Made by a program: the position numbers and the translations under genes. A stretch of 64,000 nucleotides of DNA. Origin: Corallococcus sp. AB011P. GTDB taxonomy: Bacteria > Myxococcota > Myxococcia > Myxococcales > Myxococcaceae. Shown here one piece after another: positions 55,132 to 62,766 of the stretch; the first letter of the stretch is position 1; every line of letters begins with the position of its first letter. The DNA lies in contig NZ_RAVX01000011.1 in assembly GCF_003611605.1 (NCBI RefSeq), forward strand, positions 132,811 to 196,810, written 5' to 3'. The notes beneath the pieces were generated by a model. The model was not told where the DNA came from. It saw nothing but the letters and a program-made list of their open reading frames with translations, and did no database searches.

Positions 55132-55859
55132 GGATTGCCTCCTGGAATGCGGCCGGCGGGGATGCCTTCCAGCTTGAGCGATGCGCCGGGCTGGGCTGGG
55201 ACTTCCAGTTCGACCAGGCCTCCCGTGCCGGTCACGTGGGTGTCCGGGCCGATCTCCAGACGGCAGCCCACCGCCGGGCGCCCCGTGTGGTCCTGGGCCA
55301 GGAGCCTGCGCCGGTCGTCGCTCACCACCACCGACGGTCTCCTCAGCGCGACCTGCGCCTGCGCGATGAGCACGCAGCGCTGGCCCCTCACGCTCGCGCG
55401 GACCTGGGCCCGAACCCGGGCGATTCCGGGGGCCTTGCCTTCGGGAGGCCTCGCGAGGAGCGTGGCACTGGACGCGGGTGGACCTGGGAGCACCGCGCCT
55501 TCCCATACGGCTTCGAACCCTTCGTCCAGTCCCACCGCCGCGAGCGACAACGGCAGGCGGATGGGCTCCGCGCCTACCCAGAGTTCGTCCGGCGCGACGA
55601 TGGCCACTTCGGGATCCAGTTGGACGTCCGCGATCCATGACCAGCGCTCGGCAAGCAGGTCCGCGAGCCAGCCGGCTTCTTCTGGCGACATGCGTACCAG
55701 GGCCTTCTCCACGTGCGCCGGGTCCACCAGCCGTTGGAGCGCCGCGGCGCCGTCCTGGAACCGAGCGTTCTCCAACAGGCCGTCGAGCTGGCCCGGGAGG
55801 TGTTTCGAGAGGGAACGCACCAGGTGGCCCAATCGCTGTCTTGGAGGAAGTGCGCTCAT
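55128..55859 (-). CDS. Hypothetical protein (243 aa) of the phage-tail-like operon
   Basis: ATGA coupling at both ends. Coding-like composition. No recognised domain. Confidence 0.55.
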   Translation of the reverse strand: MSALPPRQRLGHLVRSLSKHLPGQLDGLLENARFQDGAAALQRLVDPAHVEKALVRMSPEEAGWLADLLAERWSWIADVQLDPEVAIVAPDELWVGAEPIRLPLSLAAVGLDEGFEAVWEGAVLPGPPASSATLLARPPEGKAPGIARVRAQVRASVRGQRCVLIAQAQVALRRPSVVVSDDRRRLLAQDHTGRPAVGCRLEIGPDTHVTGTGGLVELEVPAQPGASLKLEGIPAGRIPGGNP

Positions 55860-57067
55860 CCTCGCCTCCTCCACAGCGAGCGGCCGGTCATCCGGCGTTG
55901 CAGTCGCTGTTCTGCTTGCTGGAGCGCTTCGGAGTCCTTCGCCGTGAGGCGGCGGCCGTTCACGAAGAAGGCCCGTGTAATGGTTTCCAGCTCGTATCCC
56001 GGTGCTTCTTCCCACACGGGTTCTTCATCCGGGGCTTCGGCTCGTGGCGGTGCTTCGACTCGCGGTGGAGGAAGCAACGTCTTCACTTCGATGTGCACCG
56101 GCCTTGGTGCGGTGTGCTTCGTGCCCCGTGCTGGGGGGAGCATGGACTCTCCCCGTTCCTCCGATTGGGAAGGACGCGGAGTCCGTGATTCAGGTCTGTC
56201 GTGACGACGTGGCTCGAGTTCTTCCTGGAACGGTGGTGCTTTTCGGGTGCCCGGTGCCGGCGGTCGGGCAAGGGCTCGGGGTGAGCTTCTCCTCCGTGGC
56301 GATGCCTGTGCGGACGTCTCCCTTGGCTCCACTGGGGAATCCTGTGATGGCGCTTGTGTGGTGGCGCGCGCGACACGATGGCGACGTGTTGGGGACTCCG
56401 GGACCCGTGCGCGGATCCGTGGGGGTTCGGTGTTCTTCTCCACGGCGGGTCCAGGCACCCTGCTCCTTCGCGGACTTGGAGCCTTCACGCGTGCTTCGAC
56501 AACGGGAGGGACTTCAGTGGCCTTCTGGCTTTGAGGTTCGGGATGGCCGCCTTGTTGTGAAGGGACCTCCCGGGCTTGGGTGCGAGCACGAGGGGGTCGT
56601 GGCTCCGCGACCTCCGACGGCAGCTCTGGGGCGCTGGGAACAATGGGGAGCGCGAGTGTGGGAGGCGGTTGCCCGTCCTGGATCCGGGTCACGGGTTCGA
56701 CCGACGGCCGTGATTCCCCTGGCTGCGCCGACGTACCGCCAGGCCGGGGAACGCGACGGCGGATGGGGGCGATGGGGTCCGTTACGGCCGGGGCTTCGAC
56801 CCGCACAGGGCGCTTGAGCACGGGTGGCGTCACGTCCTCTGGCTCGGTGAACCCCATGGACCTGGGGCCCGACGGGGGCGACGCGGTCTTCACCGCTCGG
56901 CCTGACTCCCCTTCCCGCCTCCGCGCACCCGGCGTTGGCAGGGACGGTGGCAGCGGTGGATCCACCTTGAAGTCTCCGCGCTCTCCCCGCTCCAGGGGAT
57001 GGAGCACCCGGTCCAGCTCCGTGAGCAGCGCGGCCACCGCGAAGAGGTCGTCTCTTGCTTCGCTCAT
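55856..57067 (-). CDS. Proline-rich, largely disordered protein (403 aa) with a short conserved-looking C-terminal module
   Basis: ATGA coupling at both ends (start 57067 overlaps the stop of the 720-aa gene). Long P/E/R-rich region. C-terminal ETITRAFFVNGRRLTAKDSEALQQAEQRL. Confidence 0.5.
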   Translation of the reverse strand: MSEARDDLFAVAALLTELDRVLHPLERGERGDFKVDPPLPPSLPTPGARRREGESGRAVKTASPPSGPRSMGFTEPEDVTPPVLKRPVRVEAPAVTDPIAPIRRRVPRPGGTSAQPGESRPSVEPVTRIQDGQPPPTLALPIVPSAPELPSEVAEPRPPRARTQAREVPSQQGGHPEPQSQKATEVPPVVEARVKAPSPRRSRVPGPAVEKNTEPPRIRARVPESPTRRHRVARATTQAPSQDSPVEPRETSAQASPRRRSSPRALARPPAPGTRKAPPFQEELEPRRHDRPESRTPRPSQSEERGESMLPPARGTKHTAPRPVHIEVKTLLPPPRVEAPPRAEAPDEEPVWEEAPGYELETITRAFFVNGRRLTAKDSEALQQAEQRLQRRMTGRSLWRRRG

Positions 57068-59226
57068 GTCGGCACTCCCAGCCAGGACCTGAGGACCGTG
57101 GTCGCGGCCCTCAGCTCCGGGTCCCTCAGCACCGTCTTCGTCACGCCGCCGTCCTGCACCGTGAGGCTCGCCGTGCCTGAGTCCAGCTCGATGGGGAGCA
57201 TCACTCCCGTGGCGAGGCTCGGGCCTCCGAAGCCCTTGAAGTCGCGCCGCAGCGTTACGTCGCGCACCAGCGCCTTGGGCAGCTGCAGGTCGCGCAGCGT
57301 GATGACCACGACCTCCTCGTCGTCCTCGCAGCACAGTGGCGTGGGCGTCGCCGTTACCTCGTCGTCCGCTCGGGCCGCCGCGCCTGTGCGCACGTCCACC
57401 GTGTCCACGGTGGCCACGCCCTGCCACCACGTGCCTTCGTCGTCCGCTCCGCGCACGAGCAGCAGTTCCCCCGGCCTCGCCACCTGCACCGGCTTGCTCG
57501 TTCCAGACGTACTCGTCAGCGGGATGCCATCCAGGAACAGTCGTGTCGCTCCCACCTCCACCGGCGGCAGCAACTGGAACGTCTGGCCTGCATACGGCGC
57601 GGCCACCGCCGGAGGCACCAATCCCAGCGCGCCTCCGCCTTGCCCCAGGATCAGGTTCAGCTTCGCGCCCAGGGCGATGATCTCCTGCACCACGCCGTCC
57701 GCTTGCGGCCCTGTCGCCGCGTGCCCGTCCATCAGCTCCTGTGACGACACCGACACCGCGCTCCCGTCCACGGGCGAGCCATTCCTCACTAGCCCGGCGA
57801 CACCCGGCAGCTTCGCGTCCGTCGCGATGGACACATTCAGCGGTGCGATTCGCAGACGCTTGTCGGCCCCTTTCACCTCCCAGCCCAGCACCAGCGCCAG
57901 CGTGGGCCGGTCCCCTCCCACGTGCGCCACGTGGCCCGGCTGCACCTGTCCCAGGTCCACCGTGGGCGTCACCGACAGCGCCGTCGCTTGCGTGAGCGTG
58001 TCCTTCACCAGGGCCACCGCTCCCACCAGCGGGATTCCCGTGGACTGTCCCGCGAGCAGCCGCGTCAGGCTGTCGCAGAACGGCTTGAGCACGAGCTTCA
58101 GCAGCGGTGCCAGCGCGGCCCGGTTGCGTGCGTCGAACCATCGCTGCCGGAAAACCCAGTGGAAGCGCAGCGACCACTCCAGCGTCCGGAGCATCCGCAA
58201 CGAACCGTCCGGATACGCCAGCCGCGACGCCACCGCTTCGTCCATTCCCTTCCCCGCCTCAATGTCCAACGTCGTCAGCTCGTTGGACAGCTGTCCGGGG
58301 ATGCCGGGTGAATCCGCCCGCCTCAGCGTGGTCTTCAACGACGCCAGCCCCGGCACGGACGCAATCACCGTGCGTGGCGGCTGGAGCGCCGTGGCGACCG
58401 CTCCGTAGTCCGTTGCCGACGCCTGTAGAGAATCCGCCGCGCGCTGGAGCGCATCCGTCAGCTCCTGGGCCGCCCCCTGCTCCTCCAACGTGGCCTTCGC
58501 CTGGAGCAGCACGTTCCGGTCCGACAGGCACTCCCCCTGGCGCGTCGCGGCGCCTGTCGCCACGGGGCCGAACGCGCTGGACGCCGACGAGACGCTCAAC
58601 CCATCCAGCACGCTGCTCAGGGACACCGTCTCCGACGTCGTCTTCAGCTCCGCTCGCCTCGTGGTGCGCAGACCCGTCCAGGTCCCCAGCTCCGCGACTC
58701 CGCTCTCCGCTGCGTCCTTCCGCTGGTCCGTGGTGAAGAGCCCCGCGTCGATGGCGTCCTCCACGGTGCCGCTCTCCGACAGGGGCCCGAAGTCATACGT
58801 GGGCACGCGCACCGCCACTTCGCCGCCGTGCTTCTCGTCGCGGAACGCGAACAGCGTCACCGTGCCCGCGAGCAACGCCGACCCGGTGAGCTTTCCGTCT
58901 CCATCCGCTCCGATGGTGCCCACCGCGAACTCCAGCTCCTCCACTCCCGGCAGCCGGCTCTCACTCCCCACGAGCGAACCGGCGGACACCGTCGGCAGTC
59001 CGTCACCCCGAGGCGCGGCGGCCAGGGCTGGCGCTAACGCGATGCCCACCGCGCGTCGGCGGGCCCGTTCGATGACGTTGAACACGGGCAGGAGCGCGCA
59101 CACGGTCTGGACGTGCGGCGCGTCCTGCTCCGCCACCCCGTCCATGCGGTCCAGGAACGCCTCCAGCTGCTTCCAGGCCGCCTGCCATCCGTCCAGCTCC
59201 ATGCTCAGGCGTGTCACCGCGCTCAC
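57064..59226 (-). CDS. Hypothetical large protein (720 aa), possible baseplate component
   Basis: ATGA-coupled to its neighbours. Uniform coding statistics. Size and position, two genes downstream of the spike, fit baseplate wedge proteins, but no motif is recognised. Confidence 0.55.
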   Translation of the reverse strand: MSAVTRLSMELDGWQAAWKQLEAFLDRMDGVAEQDAPHVQTVCALLPVFNVIERARRRAVGIALAPALAAAPRGDGLPTVSAGSLVGSESRLPGVEELEFAVGTIGADGDGKLTGSALLAGTVTLFAFRDEKHGGEVAVRVPTYDFGPLSESGTVEDAIDAGLFTTDQRKDAAESGVAELGTWTGLRTTRRAELKTTSETVSLSSVLDGLSVSSASSAFGPVATGAATRQGECLSDRNVLLQAKATLEEQGAAQELTDALQRAADSLQASATDYGAVATALQPPRTVIASVPGLASLKTTLRRADSPGIPGQLSNELTTLDIEAGKGMDEAVASRLAYPDGSLRMLRTLEWSLRFHWVFRQRWFDARNRAALAPLLKLVLKPFCDSLTRLLAGQSTGIPLVGAVALVKDTLTQATALSVTPTVDLGQVQPGHVAHVGGDRPTLALVLGWEVKGADKRLRIAPLNVSIATDAKLPGVAGLVRNGSPVDGSAVSVSSQELMDGHAATGPQADGVVQEIIALGAKLNLILGQGGGALGLVPPAVAAPYAGQTFQLLPPVEVGATRLFLDGIPLTSTSGTSKPVQVARPGELLLVRGADDEGTWWQGVATVDTVDVRTGAAARADDEVTATPTPLCCEDDEEVVVITLRDLQLPKALVRDVTLRRDFKGFGGPSLATGVMLPIELDSGTASLTVQDGGVTKTVLRDPELRAATTVLRSWLGVPT

Positions 59227-60833
59227 GGGCCGCTTCCCTTCTTCGGCGGGGTCGGTGTCGGCGTGGACGTGTCAGCCGCGGGGGGCTGCGGACTCGGCGG
59301 GCGCTCGGACGCGCCAGGACCTCCGAAGCCGATCGCCAGCGAACGCCCTCCCCGGCGCTGGGAGTGCTTCGTGGACAGCATGCCCTCCAGGATCTCCTTC
59401 TGTTCCTCCACGTGCTCCTTCGACTGATCCAGCACGTCCACCAGCGTGGAGCGGCCTCGCTCGGCGGCGGCCTTCAGCTCATCTGGCGTGCGCCCCACCG
59501 CCTTCACGAACCTCTCGGGCGCCTTCTCCACCGCGTTCACGAACTTGTCCGCCTGCTTCTGGGCCGTCGTCTTCAGGTTGCCCCAGGCGTCCTTCACCTC
59601 GTCCGTGTTCGCCTCCAGCACCTGCGCCGCCTGGCTCTCCTCCAGGGCCTTCTTCACGTCCTGGAGCGTGAGGTCTCCCGACGCCAGCTCCATCGCGGCG
59701 GACAGGCCCAGCAGCTCCCAGAGCATCGCGGCCTTCGCCAGGTTGGGCCCCGCCGCCAGCAGGCAGATGCCTCCCACGTAGCCGCCCGGGGGCCGGTCCG
59801 TCGCCGTGAGGAAGGCCTGCTTCAACCCCGCCACGCCGCCCGTCGTGGACACCGGCAGCGCGTACATGCCCGCGGACTTGAGCGCGTTCAGCAGGTCGAT
59901 GATGGCCTGCACCGCCTGCGCCAGCTTCATCAACACCTGCACCTTGTCCTGCATCGCGGCGGCGAGGCTCCGCAGGAGCGTCGCCAGGTTGTCCACCGAC
60001 AGGAGCAGCGCCCTGAGCGCCTCCGGGAGGATGAGCAGCTTCTCCAGGTCCGGGAACAGGTCGCGCATGCGCGCGGACTTCCAATCCGGCTTCACCGGCC
60101 GGCCACGCGCCCGGCTGCGGCGCGGATCCAACGCGCCCTTGGGGTACTTCTCGAACGCCTTCTTGAACGCGCTGATGTTGAGCAGCTTGCCCAGCAGGTA
60201 CAGCGCCTGCCGGAGCGCATCCAGCGACGGCGCCGCCATCACGATGAACACCGCCTGCACCGGCGCGCCATCCGTCACCGTCGGGCGCGAGTCGTCCCCC
60301 GGATCATCGAAGGACGCGACGAACCGCCCCGCCCAGCGCGCGAAGCCGTCCGGCGTCACCGGCGGGCGCTCCAGCGCGAAGCCCGCCTTGAAGTCCTTGG
60401 GGATGTTCGGGATGAAGCCCGTCTCCGCCAGGTTCGTCTCCGTGGGACTGATGCCCGGCGCGTCCGCGTAGAGGTACGCACCCGCGTTGAGCAGGTCGTT
60501 GATGATGTCCTTGAGCAGCTCGTAGGCCGCGAGGATGAGCGCCCGGAACGGATCCGGCAGCCCCAGGAGGATGGCCGCCAGCGCCTGGAGCAGCGCCTGC
60601 ACGAACTGGAGCACCGCGATGATGATCTGCAGCGGCGGCTTGACGATGCCCACCAGCTGCTCCAGCCCCGGCGGCACGCCGATCAGCAGCGGCCGCCACG
60701 CAGGCCCGGCCCCGGCGTCAGCGCCGGTGGTGTCCGTGCCTTCCGCATCCTCCAGCGCCTTCGCCAGCTCCTCGCAGCAGACCTCCAGCGCGCCGTGGAG
60801 CTCAGCGATAGCGGCGTCGTTGAACTCGGCCAC
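59223..60833 (-). CDS. Hypothetical protein (536 aa), possible baseplate component
   Basis: GTG start preceded by GGGAGGA. Contains a hydrophobic helix (IIIAVLQFVQALLQALAAILLGL). No recognised domain. Confidence 0.55.
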   Translation of the reverse strand: MAEFNDAAIAELHGALEVCCEELAKALEDAEGTDTTGADAGAGPAWRPLLIGVPPGLEQLVGIVKPPLQIIIAVLQFVQALLQALAAILLGLPDPFRALILAAYELLKDIINDLLNAGAYLYADAPGISPTETNLAETGFIPNIPKDFKAGFALERPPVTPDGFARWAGRFVASFDDPGDDSRPTVTDGAPVQAVFIVMAAPSLDALRQALYLLGKLLNISAFKKAFEKYPKGALDPRRSRARGRPVKPDWKSARMRDLFPDLEKLLILPEALRALLLSVDNLATLLRSLAAAMQDKVQVLMKLAQAVQAIIDLLNALKSAGMYALPVSTTGGVAGLKQAFLTATDRPPGGYVGGICLLAAGPNLAKAAMLWELLGLSAAMELASGDLTLQDVKKALEESQAAQVLEANTDEVKDAWGNLKTTAQKQADKFVNAVEKAPERFVKAVGRTPDELKAAAERGRSTLVDVLDQSKEHVEEQKEILEGMLSTKHSQRRGGRSLAIGFGGPGASERPPSPQPPAADTSTPTPTPPKKGSGP

Positions 60834-60996
60834 GCGCGTCCTCCCGGGTGCGTTGTTCCAGCTCCATCAGCTTCTCCAGCCGCTCGGCGTCCTGGGCCAC
60901 GCCCACCGCCGCCGCCTGGAGCAGCAGGGCCTTCACCTCCTCCAGCCGCTCGCGCAGCACCGAAGCTTCCAATGGCTTCCAGCCGGGCTCCTTCAT
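60802..60996 (-). CDS. Small coiled-coil protein (64 aa) between the spike and the 536-aa gene
   Basis: ATG 4 nt after the spike stop. High GC3. Overlaps the next gene's start by about 30 nt in another frame. Confidence 0.4.
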   Translation of the reverse strand: MKEPGWKPLEASVLRERLEEVKALLLQAAAVGVAQDAERLEKLMELEQRTREDARGRVQRRRYR

Positions 60997-61000
60997 CGCG

Positions 61001-62188
61001 TCACCCCACCGGCATGCGCTTGACGAAGCCGAAGTAGGACCAGTCCAGCATCGGTGTCATCGCCGCCCAGACATCCAGGAGCGGCCCGTACGCGGCCACC
61101 GTCAGCGGGTTCACCGCCTTGAGGATCTGCGCCAGCATCGTGAAGTGGATGGCCAGCCCGTCCCCCAGCACCATGGGCGAGATGGCGGAGAGGCCTCCCA
61201 CCTGGCACACGCCCAGCATCGTGTTGATGGACACGTTGCCCGCCAGCGCGTCAATGGAGACGGCGTTGAGCGACGGTCCCGGCAGGTCCGGCATCGCCGC
61301 GGCCACCTTCACCGCCTTGCCCGCTGCCAGGTTCACGTTGCCCCCGGACGTGACGCCAAAGCCCCCTACCGCCGTCTCCTGCGACGCGCCGGACACGATG
61401 CGCGTGTGGCTGCCCTGGATGCGGTCCTCTCGCGGACCGCCGACGATCTCCTTCAGGCCGCTGCCGCCCACCGTGCGCGAGTAGCCCGCCACGTCCACCT
61501 TCTCCGTCAGCGACCCCGTCACGTGCAGCGACACGTCCCCGCCCACGTCACGGGTGTGGCTGCCGTCCACCGTCTCGTCCTGGTTGCCCGCCACCTCCAG
61601 GTGGTCGTCGCCGTCCACCTCCGCGGAGCGGTTGCCCTCGTTCACCGTGCGCTCGTTGCTGATGAGCCGGTCGAGGCCTTCCGCGGACAGGATGACGCGG
61701 TTGCCCTGCCGGTCGTGGATCTCCACGCGTGCTGTCTCCGGCCGGTCGTCCAGGACGATGTAGTGGCCCGTGGCGGACTTGAGCATCCGCACGCCCGGCA
61801 CCGCGGACTGGGGCGGATAGTCGTGCTTGGGAATCTCACTGACGTCCGGGGCCACGCGCGCGGTGGAGTCCGGCTGGCCCAGGTCCGCGAGCGCGGGCTG
61901 CCCCCACCACATGCCGCTCCAGATGGGCTGGGTCAGGTCTCCGCCCTCGAACTCCACCCAGACACCCGCGCCCACGTCCGGCACCACGAAGAGGCCCTGA
62001 TCCGGCCCCGCGTACGGCGTGCACGGCATGGCCCAGCCCGTGGCCACGTCTCCCATCAGGCGCGGCACCACGCACTGGATGCGCCCCAGGTTGAGGGGAT
62101 CCGAGACGTTCGTCACGTAGCCCCGGTACTTGCCGAAGTAGCGGCTCTCCGTGCGTTCGATGAGCTGCTGCAGCAGTTGTTCGATCAT
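61001..62188 (-). CDS. Phage baseplate spike protein (gpV/gp5-like OB-fold N-terminus plus beta-helical needle), equivalent to an Afp8/VgrG-like component
   Basis: N-terminus matches the Phage_base_V pattern (YRGYVTNVSDPLNLGRIQCVVPRLMGD...GWAMPCTPYAGPDQGLFVVPDVGAGVWVEFEGGDLTQPIWSG). Followed by repetitive beta-helix segments (HTRDVGGDVSLHVTG..., GSHTRIVSG...). Confidence 0.75.
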   Translation of the reverse strand: MIEQLLQQLIERTESRYFGKYRGYVTNVSDPLNLGRIQCVVPRLMGDVATGWAMPCTPYAGPDQGLFVVPDVGAGVWVEFEGGDLTQPIWSGMWWGQPALADLGQPDSTARVAPDVSEIPKHDYPPQSAVPGVRMLKSATGHYIVLDDRPETARVEIHDRQGNRVILSAEGLDRLISNERTVNEGNRSAEVDGDDHLEVAGNQDETVDGSHTRDVGGDVSLHVTGSLTEKVDVAGYSRTVGGSGLKEIVGGPREDRIQGSHTRIVSGASQETAVGGFGVTSGGNVNLAAGKAVKVAAAMPDLPGPSLNAVSIDALAGNVSINTMLGVCQVGGLSAISPMVLGDGLAIHFTMLAQILKAVNPLTVAAYGPLLDVWAAMTPMLDWSYFGFVKRMPVG

Positions 62189-62394
62189 CGCGCGCTCCCC
62201 AGGTCGTCGTCCTCGTCGTACTGGCGCACGCCAGAGACGTCCGACAGGTTGATGTAGACGGGTGTGGCGCCATCCGGCCCGGTGAGGTGGACGACGTCGT
62301 CGATGAGCTCCACCACCAGGCCCACGTACACCTGGCCCAGCGTGGTGAAGAGGTAGCAGCGCTGCCCCATGCTGGCTTCGAGCAGCTTGCGCAT
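62185..62394 (-). CDS. Small protein (69 aa) upstream of the spike gene
   Basis: ATGA overlap with both neighbours. Sequence MRKLLEASMGQRCYLFTTLGQVYVGLVVELIDDVVHLTGPDGATPVYINL, predicted beta-rich. Confidence 0.5.
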   Translation of the reverse strand: MRKLLEASMGQRCYLFTTLGQVYVGLVVELIDDVVHLTGPDGATPVYINLSDVSGVRQYDEDDDLGSAR

Positions 62395-62735
62395 CACTCC
62401 TCCAGCTTCTGCACCAGCCGCGTGGCCAGCTTCACGCGCGTGTCCACCCAGACGCCCACGTCGCGCTGGCGCTCGGAGGCGAGCCTGCGGCGCGCGGCGC
62501 GCACCAGGTCCTGGAGCGTCACGGGCACCGCGGGCACCGGCGGCAGGCGGGAGATGCGCACGTCCAGCGCCCGGAGCACCGTGGTGTCCAGGTCCAGCTT
62601 CGCGCGCGTGCCGGCCAGGTTCTCCAGCGCCGCGGCCTTCGCGTCGGGCGCGTCCGGCGTGGCGGAGAGCGTGACTTCGGGCAGCGCGGTGCGCTGGAGG
62701 GCGACGCGGCCACTGAGGGCGAAGGGGTCGGGCAT
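62394..62735 (-). CDS. Hypothetical protein (113 aa) in the tail-like operon
   Basis: RBS GCGAGGA before the ATG at 62735. Its stop overlaps the next ATG. Confidence 0.5.
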   Translation of the reverse strand: MPDPFALSGRVALQRTALPEVTLSATPDAPDAKAAALENLAGTRAKLDLDTTVLRALDVRISRLPPVPAVPVTLQDLVRAARRRLASERQRDVGVWVDTRVKLATRLVQKLEE

Positions 62736-62766
62736 GGGGGTGTCCTCGCGAAAGGGGCTTCCAGCG

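Noticed and set aside
54211-55947. 578-aa plus-strand ORF running through the tandem repeats and antisense to the tail-like operon's last genes
   Set aside because: It reads through three copies of a non-coding palindromic repeat, which gives repeated TCPTVGQV / NLSDCRTGF peptides. It is antisense to coupled genes with good codon usage.
55856-58177. 773-aa minus-strand ORF as a single gene
   Set aside because: Its upstream two-thirds are an R/G/A-rich artefact antisense-overlapping the 720-aa gene's frame. Only the part from the ATG at 57067 (ATGA-coupled) is retained, as the 403-aa Pro-rich protein.
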